Shown piece by piece: positions 1 to 9,307 of a DNA stretch of 64,000 bases (positions are counted from its first letter, which is position 1; each line of letters opens with the position of its first letter). A model generated the notes under the pieces. That model was not told where the DNA came from and did not search any database. It saw only the letters and a list, made by a program, of their open reading frames with translations. The stretch lies in the NCBI GenBank assembly GCA_964568745.1, contig CAZMQX010000001.1:13408-77407 (forward strand). Reading direction: 5' to 3'. Source of the stretch: an uncultured Candidatus Saccharibacteria bacterium. Lineage in GTDB: Bacteria; Patescibacteriota; Saccharimonadia; Saccharimonadales; Saccharimonadaceae. The position numbers and the translations under genes were made by a program.

Positions 1-17
1 GGACAGATAAATAATAA

Positions 18-2129
18 ATGATAAAGGAGTATATGGCTGACATTAAAGATTTAAGCAAGCTACGCAATATCGGGATCATTGCCCATATTGATGCTGGCAA
101 GACGACGACTTCAGAGGCGATTTTGTATCGCACAGGTCTCAAGCACAAGATCGACCTAGTTAAGGGTGGGACTGGCGGTGCTGATACCGACTGGATGGAG
201 CAGGAAAAAGAGCGTGGTATCACGATTACTTCAGCCGCGGTGACAGTTTATTGGAAAGACCATCAGATCAACATCATTGATACGCCGGGGCACATCGATT
301 TTACCGCCGAGGTAGAGCGGTCTCTGCGCGTTCTTGATGGCGCCGTAGTCGTATTCGATGGCAAGATGGGTGTAGAAGCGCAGTCTGAGACTGTGTGGCG
401 CCAAGCGACCAAATATGGCGTGCCGCGCATCTGTTTCGTTAACAAAATCAACCAAATCGGTGGCGATTTTTACAAATCACTCGATTCTATCCATAAGCGT
501 TTGTCTAAAAATGCTGTGGCGATCCATTTGCCAATTGGTTTTGAAAAAGACATTTGTGGCGTAGTGGATCTTATCGACATGAAGGCTTACACCTACAAAG
601 ATTATGCCGACCACGAATTGACCGTCGGTGAAATTCCAGCCGATATGGTCGAAAAAGCCAAAAATGCTCGTTCAATGCTGATTGAAGAAGCGGTGCAAGC
701 CGACGAAGCTCTGATGGAGAAATTCTTTAACGAAGGCGAGGACGCGATCACAGAAGATGAGCTAAAAGCCGCTCTCAGAAAACGCGTACTCGATGGCGAT
801 TTCTTCCTCGTGACTGGTGGCGATGGTCGTGGCGTGATCGTTGAGAAGGTTCTTGACCTGATGACCGACTATCTGCCTTCGCCTCTTGACCGCGATCAAG
901 GTCAAACAGTTGGTACAAATCCAAAAACTGGCGACCAAGTCGTGCGAAAGGCAGACAATTCTGAACCTTTGACGGCTTTGGCATTTAAGATTGCGACTGA
1001 CCCATTTGTGGGTAAGTTAATCTTTATTCGCGTCTACGCCGGTAAGCTCAAATCTGGAGACACGGTTCTAAACGCTTCGACTGGAGACAAAGAGCGGATC
1101 GGTCGTTTGGTACGTATGCATGCCAACGATCGCAAGGACATTTCCGAGATTGGCGCAGGCGACATCGCGGCTGTAGTCGGGCTCAAGAATTGTACCACTG
1201 GTACTACCCTTTGCTCTCCTTCTGCGCCAATTTTACTCGAATCGATTGAATTCCCAGATCCACCAGTGTCGATTGCGGTCGAACCAAAGACCAAAGCCGA
1301 CCAAGAGAAAATGGGCATTGGCCTCTCAAAGATGGCTGAGGAAGACCCGACTTTCCGCGTCCACACTGACGAGGAGACTGGTCAAACCATTATCTCCGGT
1401 ATGGGCGAGTTGCACCTAGAAATCATTATTGATCGTTTGAAACGTGAACACAATGTAGAGGCTAACACCGGTGCTCCACAAGTGGCTTACCGCGAAACTA
1501 TTCGTGGTACTGCCGAGGCGCAGGGTAAGCATATCAAGCAGTCAGGTGGCCGTGGTCAGTATGGTGACGTATGGATCAAGTTTGAGCCAAACGAGCCAGG
1601 GAAGGGCTTCGAATTCATCGATCAGATCAAGGGTGGCGTGGTGCCGCAAGAATATCGCAAGCCAGTACAAAAAGGTGTCGAAGACACTTTGGCGGGTGGC
1701 GTAATTGCTGGTTACCCAGTAGTAGACATCAAGGCTACTTTGTATGATGGTTCCTACCACGATGTAGATTCATCGGAATTGGCCTTTACATTAGCGGGGT
1801 CGCTTGCTACGCGCGAAGGTATCAAGAAAGCTAATCCAGTACTACTTGAGCCCGTAATGAAGCTCGAAATCACTACTCCTGAAGAATTCATGGGTGATGT
1901 GATTGGCGACATTAATTCGCGTCGCGGCCGTATCGATGAAATGGAGGATTTGAATGGAGGAGCTAAGCTGATCAAGGCTTTCTGCCCTCTGGCAAATCTC
2001 TTCGGTTATACTGGTGATCTTCGTGGTATGACCCAAGGTCGCGCGGCGTCTTCGATGGAACTCTATGCTTACGAGGAAGTTCCGCCGAATGTAGCGCAAG
2101 AGATTATTGAAAAGAGAAATTCGAAATAA
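18..2129 (+). CDS. fusA: Elongation factor G
   Basis: 703 aa; AHIDAGKTT, RGITI, DTPGH, NKIN GTPase motifs; HIKQSGGRGQYG. True start may be the ATG at 33. Confidence 0.98.
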   Translation: MIKEYMADIKDLSKLRNIGIIAHIDAGKTTTSEAILYRTGLKHKIDLVKGGTGGADTDWMEQEKERGITITSAAVTVYWKDHQINIIDTPGHIDFTAEVERSLRVLDGAVVVFDGKMGVEAQSETVWRQATKYGVPRICFVNKINQIGGDFYKSLDSIHKRLSKNAVAIHLPIGFEKDICGVVDLIDMKAYTYKDYADHELTVGEIPADMVEKAKNARSMLIEEAVQADEALMEKFFNEGEDAITEDELKAALRKRVLDGDFFLVTGGDGRGVIVEKVLDLMTDYLPSPLDRDQGQTVGTNPKTGDQVVRKADNSEPLTALAFKIATDPFVGKLIFIRVYAGKLKSGDTVLNASTGDKERIGRLVRMHANDRKDISEIGAGDIAAVVGLKNCTTGTTLCSPSAPILLESIEFPDPPVSIAVEPKTKADQEKMGIGLSKMAEEDPTFRVHTDEETGQTIISGMGELHLEIIIDRLKREHNVEANTGAPQVAYRETIRGTAEAQGKHIKQSGGRGQYGDVWIKFEPNEPGKGFEFIDQIKGGVVPQEYRKPVQKGVEDTLAGGVIAGYPVVDIKATLYDGSYHDVDSSELAFTLAGSLATREGIKKANPVLLEPVMKLEITTPEEFMGDVIGDINSRRGRIDEMEDLNGGAKLIKAFCPLANLFGYTGDLRGMTQGRAASSMELYAYEEVPPNVAQEIIEKRNSK

Positions 2130-2150
2130 TCCACGCAATATATGAGTATA

Positions 2151-2180
2151 AAAAATCCTCGGCTTCTGCCGGGGATTTTT
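2151..2180. terminator. Bidirectional intrinsic terminator
   Basis: aaaaatcctcggc-ttct-gccggggattttt between the convergent fusA and lipoprotein genes. Confidence 0.85.
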
Positions 2181-2187
2181 GAGGGGA

Positions 2188-2832
2188 TTAGTGCGCAATG
2201 CGACGTAGCTCGCTAAGCGTTGCTTTCTTATCGATAGGTACGAGGTCGTTCATCTCGACGTCTGTGAGCTCGAAATCAGGCGTAAAAAAATGCGGTACGC
2301 CCGTGAATGTCGTGGTTTTATCGCAAGCATAGTCCCAGACGCCGTCGGCGTCGAGATCACACGCTGTGAAATAATCTAGATCCTTATTAAACCACGACTT
2401 GCGCTCAGACCAATTGATCAGAACACCCGTAACTTGGATAGATTCGCCAGCTTTATGCGCGTTAGCGACATCGTCTGAGGTGGCCAGCCAACACATCAAC
2501 TGGTTGTATATCAAGTCACGCCATTCTTTACCTTCTCCGTCAAGACCGATTTGTCTTGGCTCTGACACAAAACGTTCTTCTGAGCTGGTCTCGAGCCGGT
2601 ATATGACTGTTACGAGTTGGTCTTCCTCGATCGAATCGCGCACCAGCGTAGTGGCAAGACTCGCTGATCCCCAAAAATCAGCGTCATTAATTTCGCTCAT
2701 TAAGCTATCGATTACTTGGGTCGTGTTGCCTGGTTGAGCGGCCGCTGATTTTTGAGGACTCTCTTCGTCGCAAGAGGCTAACGTCAACAGATAGATACCT
2801 AGCAGCATCAGAAGTAAAAAGTGTTTTTCCAT
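2188..2832 (-). CDS. Predicted lipoprotein of unknown function
   Basis: Hydrophobic N-terminus ending in lipobox LASC; DLDADG (DxDxDG, Ca-binding-like) motif; SD-like GGAGG upstream and a TGCTATAAT promoter on the minus strand near 2883-2891. Confidence 0.7.
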   Translation of the reverse strand: MEKHFLLLMLLGIYLLTLASCDEESPQKSAAAQPGNTTQVIDSLMSEINDADFWGSASLATTLVRDSIEEDQLVTVIYRLETSSEERFVSEPRQIGLDGEGKEWRDLIYNQLMCWLATSDDVANAHKAGESIQVTGVLINWSERKSWFNKDLDYFTACDLDADGVWDYACDKTTTFTGVPHFFTPDFELTDVEMNDLVPIDKKATLSELRRIAH

Positions 2833-2916
2833 TTTAACCCTCCTTAAAGTACTTTTGCCCTATGTGAGCAAACTATTTTATCATTATAGCACACCTTGGC
2901 TTGAAAATTGTCTGCA

Positions 2917-2945
2917 TTGACTTTTATCGTATTTTGTGCTATAAT
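2917..2945 (+). promoter_or_regulatory. Near-consensus sigma70 promoter with extended -10
   Basis: TTGACT (2917-22), 17-nt spacer, TG-C-TATAAT (2940-45). Confidence 0.75.
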
Positions 2946-2950
2946 AGTAA

Positions 2951-3082
2951 GTGGACGACTATCCAGATTATTAATAAATCACTCCAAAAAGACGCGGATA
3001 GAATGGAAAGAGCGAAAAGGGTGATGTCCGCTATCATATACGCAACCAAATTTAGATTTAGTGGCCCGAGAGGCCGTTTTTT
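2951..3082 (+). ncRNA. Candidate ~130-nt small RNA or tuf leader
   Basis: Lies between the 2917 promoter and a weak terminator (ggcc-cgaga-ggcc + T6, 3061-3082); nested helices 2950-56/3026-32 and 2978-84/3019-25; family not recognised. Confidence 0.35.
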
Positions 3083-3098
3083 CATACTAATTTCACTC

Positions 3099-3127
3099 TT
3101 TACAATTTGAGCAAAATAGTCTAAAAT
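3099..3127 (+). promoter_or_regulatory. Probable tuf promoter
   Basis: TTTACA (3099-3104), 17-nt spacer, TAAAAT (3122-27); SD AGGAG before the tuf ATG. Confidence 0.55.
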
Positions 3128-3194
3128 AGTAGAGTAGAGTTTTGGAGCTGGTTTTTATTAGCGCTCCAAACATTAATAGAAAAAAGGAGAAAGA

Positions 3195-4379
3195 ATGGCA
3201 AATTTTGACCGTTCCAAACCACATATCAATGTGGGGACCATGGGTCACGTCGACCATGGTAAAACTACTTTAACGGCTGCGATTACTAGCGTACTCGCGA
3301 AGAGGCTTCCGTCGGACGTTAATAAACCAGTCGCTTATGACCAAATCGATAACGCTCCTGAGGAGAAGGCTCGTGGTATTACCATTGCCACCTCTCACCA
3401 AGAGTATGAGTCAGAGAAGCGCCACTACGCACACGTAGACATGCCAGGCCACGCTGACTACATTAAAAACATGATTACCGGTGCTGCTCAGGTAGATGGC
3501 GCTATCCTCGTGGTAGCTGCGAATGATGGTCCTTTGCCACAGACTCGTGAGCACGTACTTCTTGCTCACCAGGTGAACGTGCCAAAGATCATTGTCTTCC
3601 TCAACAAGATGGATCTAGCTGATCCAGAGCTAGTTGAGCTAGTCGAAATGGACGTCAGAGAGCTTCTCAACAAATATGGCTTTGATGGCGACAATGCTCC
3701 GATCATCAAGGGTTCTGCAACTAAGGCCTTAGAGGGTGACAAGGAAAACGAAGACGCTATCATGGAACTCGTCACTGCGATGGATGAGTACTTCGATATT
3801 CCTGAACATGACCTCGACAAGCCGTTTCTCATGCCGATTGAAGATGTATTCTCGATCAAGGGTCGTGGTACAGTTGCCACTGGCCGTATTGAGCAAGGCG
3901 TGATTAAACTGAACGACGAAGTCGAAATCGTTGGTCTAAAAGACACTCAGAAGTCTGTCGTGACTGGTATCGAAGCCTTCCACAAGACTCTTGACCAAGG
4001 TCAAGCCGGCGATAACGCAGGGTTGCTCCTTCGTGGTATCGAGCGCGATCAGATTGAGCGTGGTCAGGTGATTGCAAAGCCTGGTTCTATCACTCCTCAT
4101 ACTGAATTTGAGGCACAAGTTTATATCTTGAAGAAAGAGGAAGGCGGTCGCCATACTCCATTCTCCAAGGGTTATAAACCACAGTTCTACTTCCGCACCA
4201 CCGATGTGACTGGCGAAGTCGAGCTCCCGGCTGACAAAGAGATTGTTATGCCTGGCGATCAAGTTACCTTCAAGGTTAAATTGCTCGCTCCGGTGGCTAT
4301 GAACGATCAAGATCGTTTCGCTATCCGCGAAGGTGGCAAGACTGTTGGTTCTGGTGTTATCACTAAGGTTATCAAATAG
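3195..4379 (+). CDS. tuf: Elongation factor Tu
   Basis: 394 aa; [36 protein letters not shown]. Confidence 0.99.
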   Translation: MANFDRSKPHINVGTMGHVDHGKTTLTAAITSVLAKRLPSDVNKPVAYDQIDNAPEEKARGITIATSHQEYESEKRHYAHVDMPGHADYIKNMITGAAQVDGAILVVAANDGPLPQTREHVLLAHQVNVPKIIVFLNKMDLADPELVELVEMDVRELLNKYGFDGDNAPIIKGSATKALEGDKENEDAIMELVTAMDEYFDIPEHDLDKPFLMPIEDVFSIKGRGTVATGRIEQGVIKLNDEVEIVGLKDTQKSVVTGIEAFHKTLDQGQAGDNAGLLLRGIERDQIERGQVIAKPGSITPHTEFEAQVYILKKEEGGRHTPFSKGYKPQFYFRTTDVTGEVELPADKEIVMPGDQVTFKVKLLAPVAMNDQDRFAIREGGKTVGSGVITKVIK

Positions 4380-4394
4380 TCAGATTTGATCTTC

Positions 4395-4422
4395 AAAAAA
4401 TCTCCCGAATGGGAGATTTTTT
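4395..4422. terminator. Bidirectional intrinsic terminator
   Basis: aaaaaatctccc-gaat-gggagatttttt. Confidence 0.9.
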
Positions 4423-4431
4423 GGTTTACCA

Positions 4432-5550
4432 CTATTTATTGAAGTCCACCTTTTTGCGACTAAGTTGCGGCAAGAAGCGAATCAATAAGGAAAACGCTGA
4501 GACTCCGATGATAGATACCGGAATCAACATGGCATTAACTTCGCCAGTTGGGGTCCCAGTATTCGGTACTACGATGCTGGGGTCTTCTTTGGCTTCTGAG
4601 ACTCTTTCATAGTATTCAATCCCGCTACCAGCGCCACTGGCAAAGCCAAACACTATATTAAGACCCTCAGTCTGCGTCTTGGCGGCCAAACGTGTGTAAA
4701 TATTACTGATGTTTTGGGTCGCGATCACCTCACCCGTAGTGGGGTCATATTCAGAATAAATATAATTGCCATCCTGAACGTACATGTTCCTTAGCGATGA
4801 ACCGTTGTTCGGCTGAAGGTTGGCCATATCAACTGTATACATATTCTCTGGAACGAGCGGGTTTTCTGTACTAAGGATCTTAAATGACTGGGCGGCATCA
4901 ATATCCGTGAGGCCGAAGTATAATGAATCTGACTGATATGGCTCCTCTGTCTCATTTTTGTAGAAATTAATAGTTAGATCTAGGAACAGTTTATCGCCAC
5001 TAGTTGGATTAAAGTTGCTTGTGTCGTAGTCTGGTTCTGTACAGGTTGCATCGTTTATATATTTGTACCCCGCCATAAATAGTATTGCTATTATTTAGGA
5101 TAGCGATTGCTGCGCCATTGGCCGAAGATGCCGCCCTATTTTCGGACTTCGTCGACACATCGCTGCCACCACTCTCAAGATAAATATCATTGATCGTGGC
5201 TACCGCTGAGTAAGATGCATTGCTAAATACGACTTCATAATCTGAGTTTGCGCTAGACGACGATGTCGACATGAGCATAGGTTCGGGGGCATTGTTGTAG
5301 ATAAAATAATGGGCCTTTTTGCATTGATTTAGATCTTTGATGTAGCCATCGCTCCATTTTGTAGGATCTGATGGCATAGCTACAACATCATCTCCATTTA
5401 GTAATGGTTTTATAGAGTCCATCACGGATTGATCGATAACCTGTACGTTGCCGGATCCTAGTGGTGAACCGCCAGCATATTCGATGTATTGTTCCTTTTT
5501 TGTTTAATGACCTTGCTACTAGTTTAGTATAGATGTTGCTTATGGTCTTG
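4432..5550 (-). pseudogene. Frameshifted, 5'-truncated sortase-anchored surface protein
   Basis: C-terminal VPNTG (4555-69) + hydrophobic helix + basic tail SRKK. ORFs 5009-5425 and 4432-5076 join as ...NTIYGGYKYIND... if one base of the G4 run (C4 at 5068-71) is removed. In-frame stop at 5504-06; no signal peptide found. Confidence 0.65.
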
Positions 5551-5667
5551 TCAAGACCTTTTAGTTGATTTTTGGGGAAGAGTGTTATATAATATAGGTG
5601 TAATAAATAATAATTATCGAGCCCGAACAACTCGTGTCTTAGAGGTTATCGGGTAAGAAAGGAAAGA

Positions 5668-5994
5668 ATGGTAGAAAAAAAGAAAGAGGAAGGCCTCAAA
5701 ATCAGAATTCGTTTGAAGGCTTATGATCACCGCGTGATCGACCAAAGTGCAAAGCAGATCGTGGACACCGCAATCAGGACTGGTGCTTCCATTAGTGGAC
5801 CGATCCCTTTGCCAACTAAACGTTCCACTTTTACCGTAGTGAAGTCACCGCATGTCTATAAGACTGGCGGCGAGGCGTTTGAGATGAAAGTCCACAAGCG
5901 TTTGATCGATATTTCGAATGCTACGCCGAAGACGATTGAGAGTCTGCAGAATCTGTCTTTGCCGGCAGGTGTAGACGCCGAGATAAGGATGTGA
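5668..5994 (+). CDS. rpsJ: 30S ribosomal protein S10
   Basis: [29 protein letters not shown]. Confidence 0.98.
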   Translation: MVEKKKEEGLKIRIRLKAYDHRVIDQSAKQIVDTAIRTGASISGPIPLPTKRSTFTVVKSPHVYKTGGEAFEMKVHKRLIDISNATPKTIESLQNLSLPAGVDAEIRM

Positions 5995-5996
5995 AT

Positions 5997-6024
5997 AAAC
6001 CCCTGAGTATCTACTCAGGGGTTT
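5997..6024. terminator. Bidirectional intrinsic terminator
   Basis: aaacccctgagta-tc-tactcaggggttt immediately after the rpsJ stop. Confidence 0.9.
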
Positions 6025-6026
6025 TG

Positions 6027-7220
6027 CTATTTCTCATTGTATGCTAGTTGCTTGGAAACGGCGGCTTCGAGTCGACCATTTTGCCTCTTGCGAACATAGA
6101 CAGCATAGTTTTTGACTCCTACAAATCCGACGATCAGCTCATCGGAGATATTAGAGCTTAATACACTATTGTTTCTAGCACCAAATGAGAAATCGCGTTT
6201 TAAGAATTTTTCGTGCTTAGCGTAATCTTCCGCTAACTCTTTGACGCTTTGGCTGTCTGATAGCTTGGCAACTACTACGATTGGCTTGTCGTCGATGGTC
6301 GTAAAGATGATAGCATCATCTTCGGCATCGCTGACCGAGAGATCCATGCCCTCAGCTGCATAAAGAAGAGATCTCCGACATCTAATACGTTCAAACGTGC
6401 CTTCACCGAGACTGGCGTTCTTGTGATGCGGGGTTTTCTCAGAAATCTCATAAAGAGATTTGAAAGTACCACAATCTCGCCAGGTGAAGGATCCGACAGC
6501 AATTTTGCACTTCTTGAATTTCGTGAAAAATTCGTCGGTGCCCATACCGCGAACGTCCGCTTCGTCTATGGTCTTTAACAGAGTACTCGCTTTCCAGACA
6601 GCAATGCCGGTGTTGCAAGCCGTATCGTCACGTCGCATGAGTTTATCAGCCAGTTTTGTAGCAGGCTTCTCAATAAACTCATTGACAATGTAACAGCCAT
6701 TATCGCCATCTTCATAGATCGCGTGACCGCAACCCATCGCGGTGACTAAGTCATTGACTTTGACCCCGATGAGTACTGGGTAATCGTTTTCGGCTTCTTC
6801 CAGAGCGACCTTGATAGTATATTCAAAATCGTCATCAGTCGCTTCAAGATATTGATCTGCCGGGGTGCAGATAATCTTGGCATCTGGATCGAGTTTTGAG
6901 ATATACTTCGTTGCTTGATACATCGCCCCAGGATAACCCCAATCCGGTGCGATCTGAAAAATGTCTTGGGAAAGAACACCTCGAGGCATTGTCTGGGTCT
7001 TGGCTAACTCAACTTGACTATCACTAGTGGTAACCACCACGACATGATTTGGTTTGATGCCAAGGCCAACAAAGTTACCTATAGCGGCTTGGATGAATGT
7101 ATTGTCCCGATCAAGCTGACAAAACTGCTTTGGCTTGTCTGGATTACTGATAGGAAACAATCTAGTTCCTTTTCCTCCTGCGATAACGGCTAGCCATGTA
7201 TTGTTGTCCACTGGAACCAC
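6027..7220 (-). CDS. Mannose-1-phosphate guanylyltransferase-like sugar-phosphate nucleotidyltransferase
   Basis: IAGGKGTRLFPIS..PKQF, PADQY, FIEKP, NTGI, WRDCGTF match ManC-type NTP transferase motifs. Confidence 0.8.
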   Translation of the reverse strand: MVPVDNNTWLAVIAGGKGTRLFPISNPDKPKQFCQLDRDNTFIQAAIGNFVGLGIKPNHVVVVTTSDSQVELAKTQTMPRGVLSQDIFQIAPDWGYPGAMYQATKYISKLDPDAKIICTPADQYLEATDDDFEYTIKVALEEAENDYPVLIGVKVNDLVTAMGCGHAIYEDGDNGCYIVNEFIEKPATKLADKLMRRDDTACNTGIAVWKASTLLKTIDEADVRGMGTDEFFTKFKKCKIAVGSFTWRDCGTFKSLYEISEKTPHHKNASLGEGTFERIRCRRSLLYAAEGMDLSVSDAEDDAIIFTTIDDKPIVVVAKLSDSQSVKELAEDYAKHEKFLKRDFSFGARNNSVLSSNISDELIVGFVGVKNYAVYVRKRQNGRLEAAVSKQLAYNEK

Positions 7221-7338
7221 CTCCTAGACTGACAATTTGAGAAATAGTTATAAAAGTGCAAAATAGCCTTGATCCAGGCTATATCTATCATTATAACACA
7301 CTTTCGTAAAATACGCAAGCTGTGTTATAATGAATGCT

Positions 7339-8607
7339 ATGAGCGTGGCTAGTTTTAAGAAACGTTTTTACTTCATGGTGGCAAATTATTTTAGATTTTT
7401 TGCGAATATTGTCCTCAGACGCTGGAAACCACGAATCATCGCTGTAACGGGTTCGGCCGGAAAAACTACCATGATGATGATGCTAGAGCATGAAATAGGC
7501 AAAAAAGCACACTATTCACATAACGCCAATTCAGCTTTTGGGGTACCTTTTGATATTTTGGGGCTTAAGGGCATTCGTGGTTCAAAGGTCCGCTGGATTT
7601 GGCTACTTATCGCTACGCCCTTTAAGGCACTGTTTACTTGGCGAAGAAAAGAGTTTTATGTGGTTGAAATCGATGGGGAGCGGCCACACGAGGCAGAATT
7701 TTTGGCTAAATGGTTAAAACCTGAGGTGACTATTTGGGTGTCAATCGGCCTGTCCCATGCAGTGCAATTTGAAAAAGAAGTCGAGAATGGCAAATTCAAA
7801 AACGTGGGAGATGCCATCGCTGCAGAATTCGCCAATTTGCCAGTCAACACTTCAAAACGCGTCTATATTGACGCGAGTTCGAAGATCATGCAAGAGGCAG
7901 TACAAGGAATCGAGGCCAAGGTAATACCAATCCGCAAGTCAGAACTCAAAAAATACGTCGTTTATCCGGATTCAACGGATTTTACCTATGGTGATACAAC
8001 TTATCATTTTGATCACCCAGAGCCAAAAGATGTGGCATTTAATCTATTTGTGTTAAGAGATCTGATGAAATACTTAAAGCTCAGATTTAATCCTGATTTT
8101 ACGGGCCTCAAAATCGCTCCTGGGCGTAGCTCGCATTTTAAGGGCGAAAAAGGAATCGACATCGTGGATAGCAGTTACAATGCGCACATGATCAGTATGG
8201 CCTCAGTGCTCGATATGGCAAAGCGCATGCACGCCGAACATAAGTGGCTGGTAATCGGAGATGTGGTGGACCAGGGCTCAATGACCGAAGACGAACATGT
8301 GCGGCTTGCCAAATTAATTGCCGAAGTCAATCCCGAAAAGGTAATTCTGGTGGGCAAACGCACTAAAGAATTTACTGCTCCCGAGCTTAAAAAACTTGGA
8401 ATATCGGCGGTGTCGACTACGGATCCACGCAAAGCGCTTGAATATATCAAAAAGCGGATTCGGGGGCGAGAGACGTTGATATTTAAGGGTAGTCAATACC
8501 TGGAATGGATCATCGAAAAACTATTAGCTGATCCGACTGACGCTAAAAAGCTTTGTCGTCGCGAAAAGGCAGCTGTAGCTCGACGCAAAAGCTGGGGGCT
8601 AAATTGA
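7339..8607 (+). CDS. Mur ligase family protein (MurF-like)
   Basis: AVTGSAGKTT P-loop, DSSYNA, LFKGSQ. Start moved to ATG 7339 because ATG 7330 overlaps the TATAAT box. Confidence 0.85.
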   Translation: MSVASFKKRFYFMVANYFRFFANIVLRRWKPRIIAVTGSAGKTTMMMMLEHEIGKKAHYSHNANSAFGVPFDILGLKGIRGSKVRWIWLLIATPFKALFTWRRKEFYVVEIDGERPHEAEFLAKWLKPEVTIWVSIGLSHAVQFEKEVENGKFKNVGDAIAAEFANLPVNTSKRVYIDASSKIMQEAVQGIEAKVIPIRKSELKKYVVYPDSTDFTYGDTTYHFDHPEPKDVAFNLFVLRDLMKYLKLRFNPDFTGLKIAPGRSSHFKGEKGIDIVDSSYNAHMISMASVLDMAKRMHAEHKWLVIGDVVDQGSMTEDEHVRLAKLIAEVNPEKVILVGKRTKEFTAPELKKLGISAVSTTDPRKALEYIKKRIRGRETLIFKGSQYLEWIIEKLLADPTDAKKLCRREKAAVARRKSWGLN

Positions 8608-8626
8608 TGACTGAAAGGAGGTTTTA

Positions 8627-9307
8627 ATGGCAGATCTATACATAGTACATGGCTGGACTTACACCGTAGAGCCGTGGAAGGCGACGATTGAGATGCTGCG
8701 CGAGAAGGGGCTTAGTATTAAAATGCTTAAGGTGCCTGGACTGACAGAGCCGTCGCAAAAAGAATTTACGATCGAGGATTATGTGAAATGGGCCGACCGT
8801 GAAATACCCGATGGAGCGATTGCGTTAGGCCACTCTAATGGTGGACGGATTCTTCTTAACCTCTGCGCTAAAAATCCTGACAAGTTAAAATATCTAATTT
8901 TGCTCGATGCGGCCGGTATTTACGAGCCTTCTAAACGTAAAATATTAGTAGAAAAGATTGCCAAAGTTGGCAAGCCGCTAAAAAAGATTGCGGTGATCGA
9001 CAAAGCCTTTCATCGTTTAACTGGTTCAACCGATTATTCGCGAGCTCCCGAAAACATGAAAAGGACGCTGGCCAATATGCTAGAGTCAGACAAAGACTTG
9101 GACCTAAGCAAGGTCGAGACCAAGACCTTTATCTTATGGGGTAAGAAAGATACCACTACACCGCCAAGACAGGCGACTACTATGTACGAAAAATTGCCGA
9201 ATGCTGAGCTTAAATTCTATGCGAACTGGACACACGCGCCTTATATTTCTGATCCTGAAGGACTGGCGAGGGCGCTTCGCACCTTGATCGAAAGGATGAA
9301 AAAGTGA
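8627..9307 (+). CDS. Alpha/beta hydrolase
   Basis: HGW oxyanion motif, GHSNGG nucleophile elbow, WGKKD, C-terminal His (THAP). Confidence 0.85.
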   Translation: MADLYIVHGWTYTVEPWKATIEMLREKGLSIKMLKVPGLTEPSQKEFTIEDYVKWADREIPDGAIALGHSNGGRILLNLCAKNPDKLKYLILLDAAGIYEPSKRKILVEKIAKVGKPLKKIAVIDKAFHRLTGSTDYSRAPENMKRTLANMLESDKDLDLSKVETKTFILWGKKDTTTPPRQATTMYEKLPNAELKFYANWTHAPYISDPEGLARALRTLIERMKK

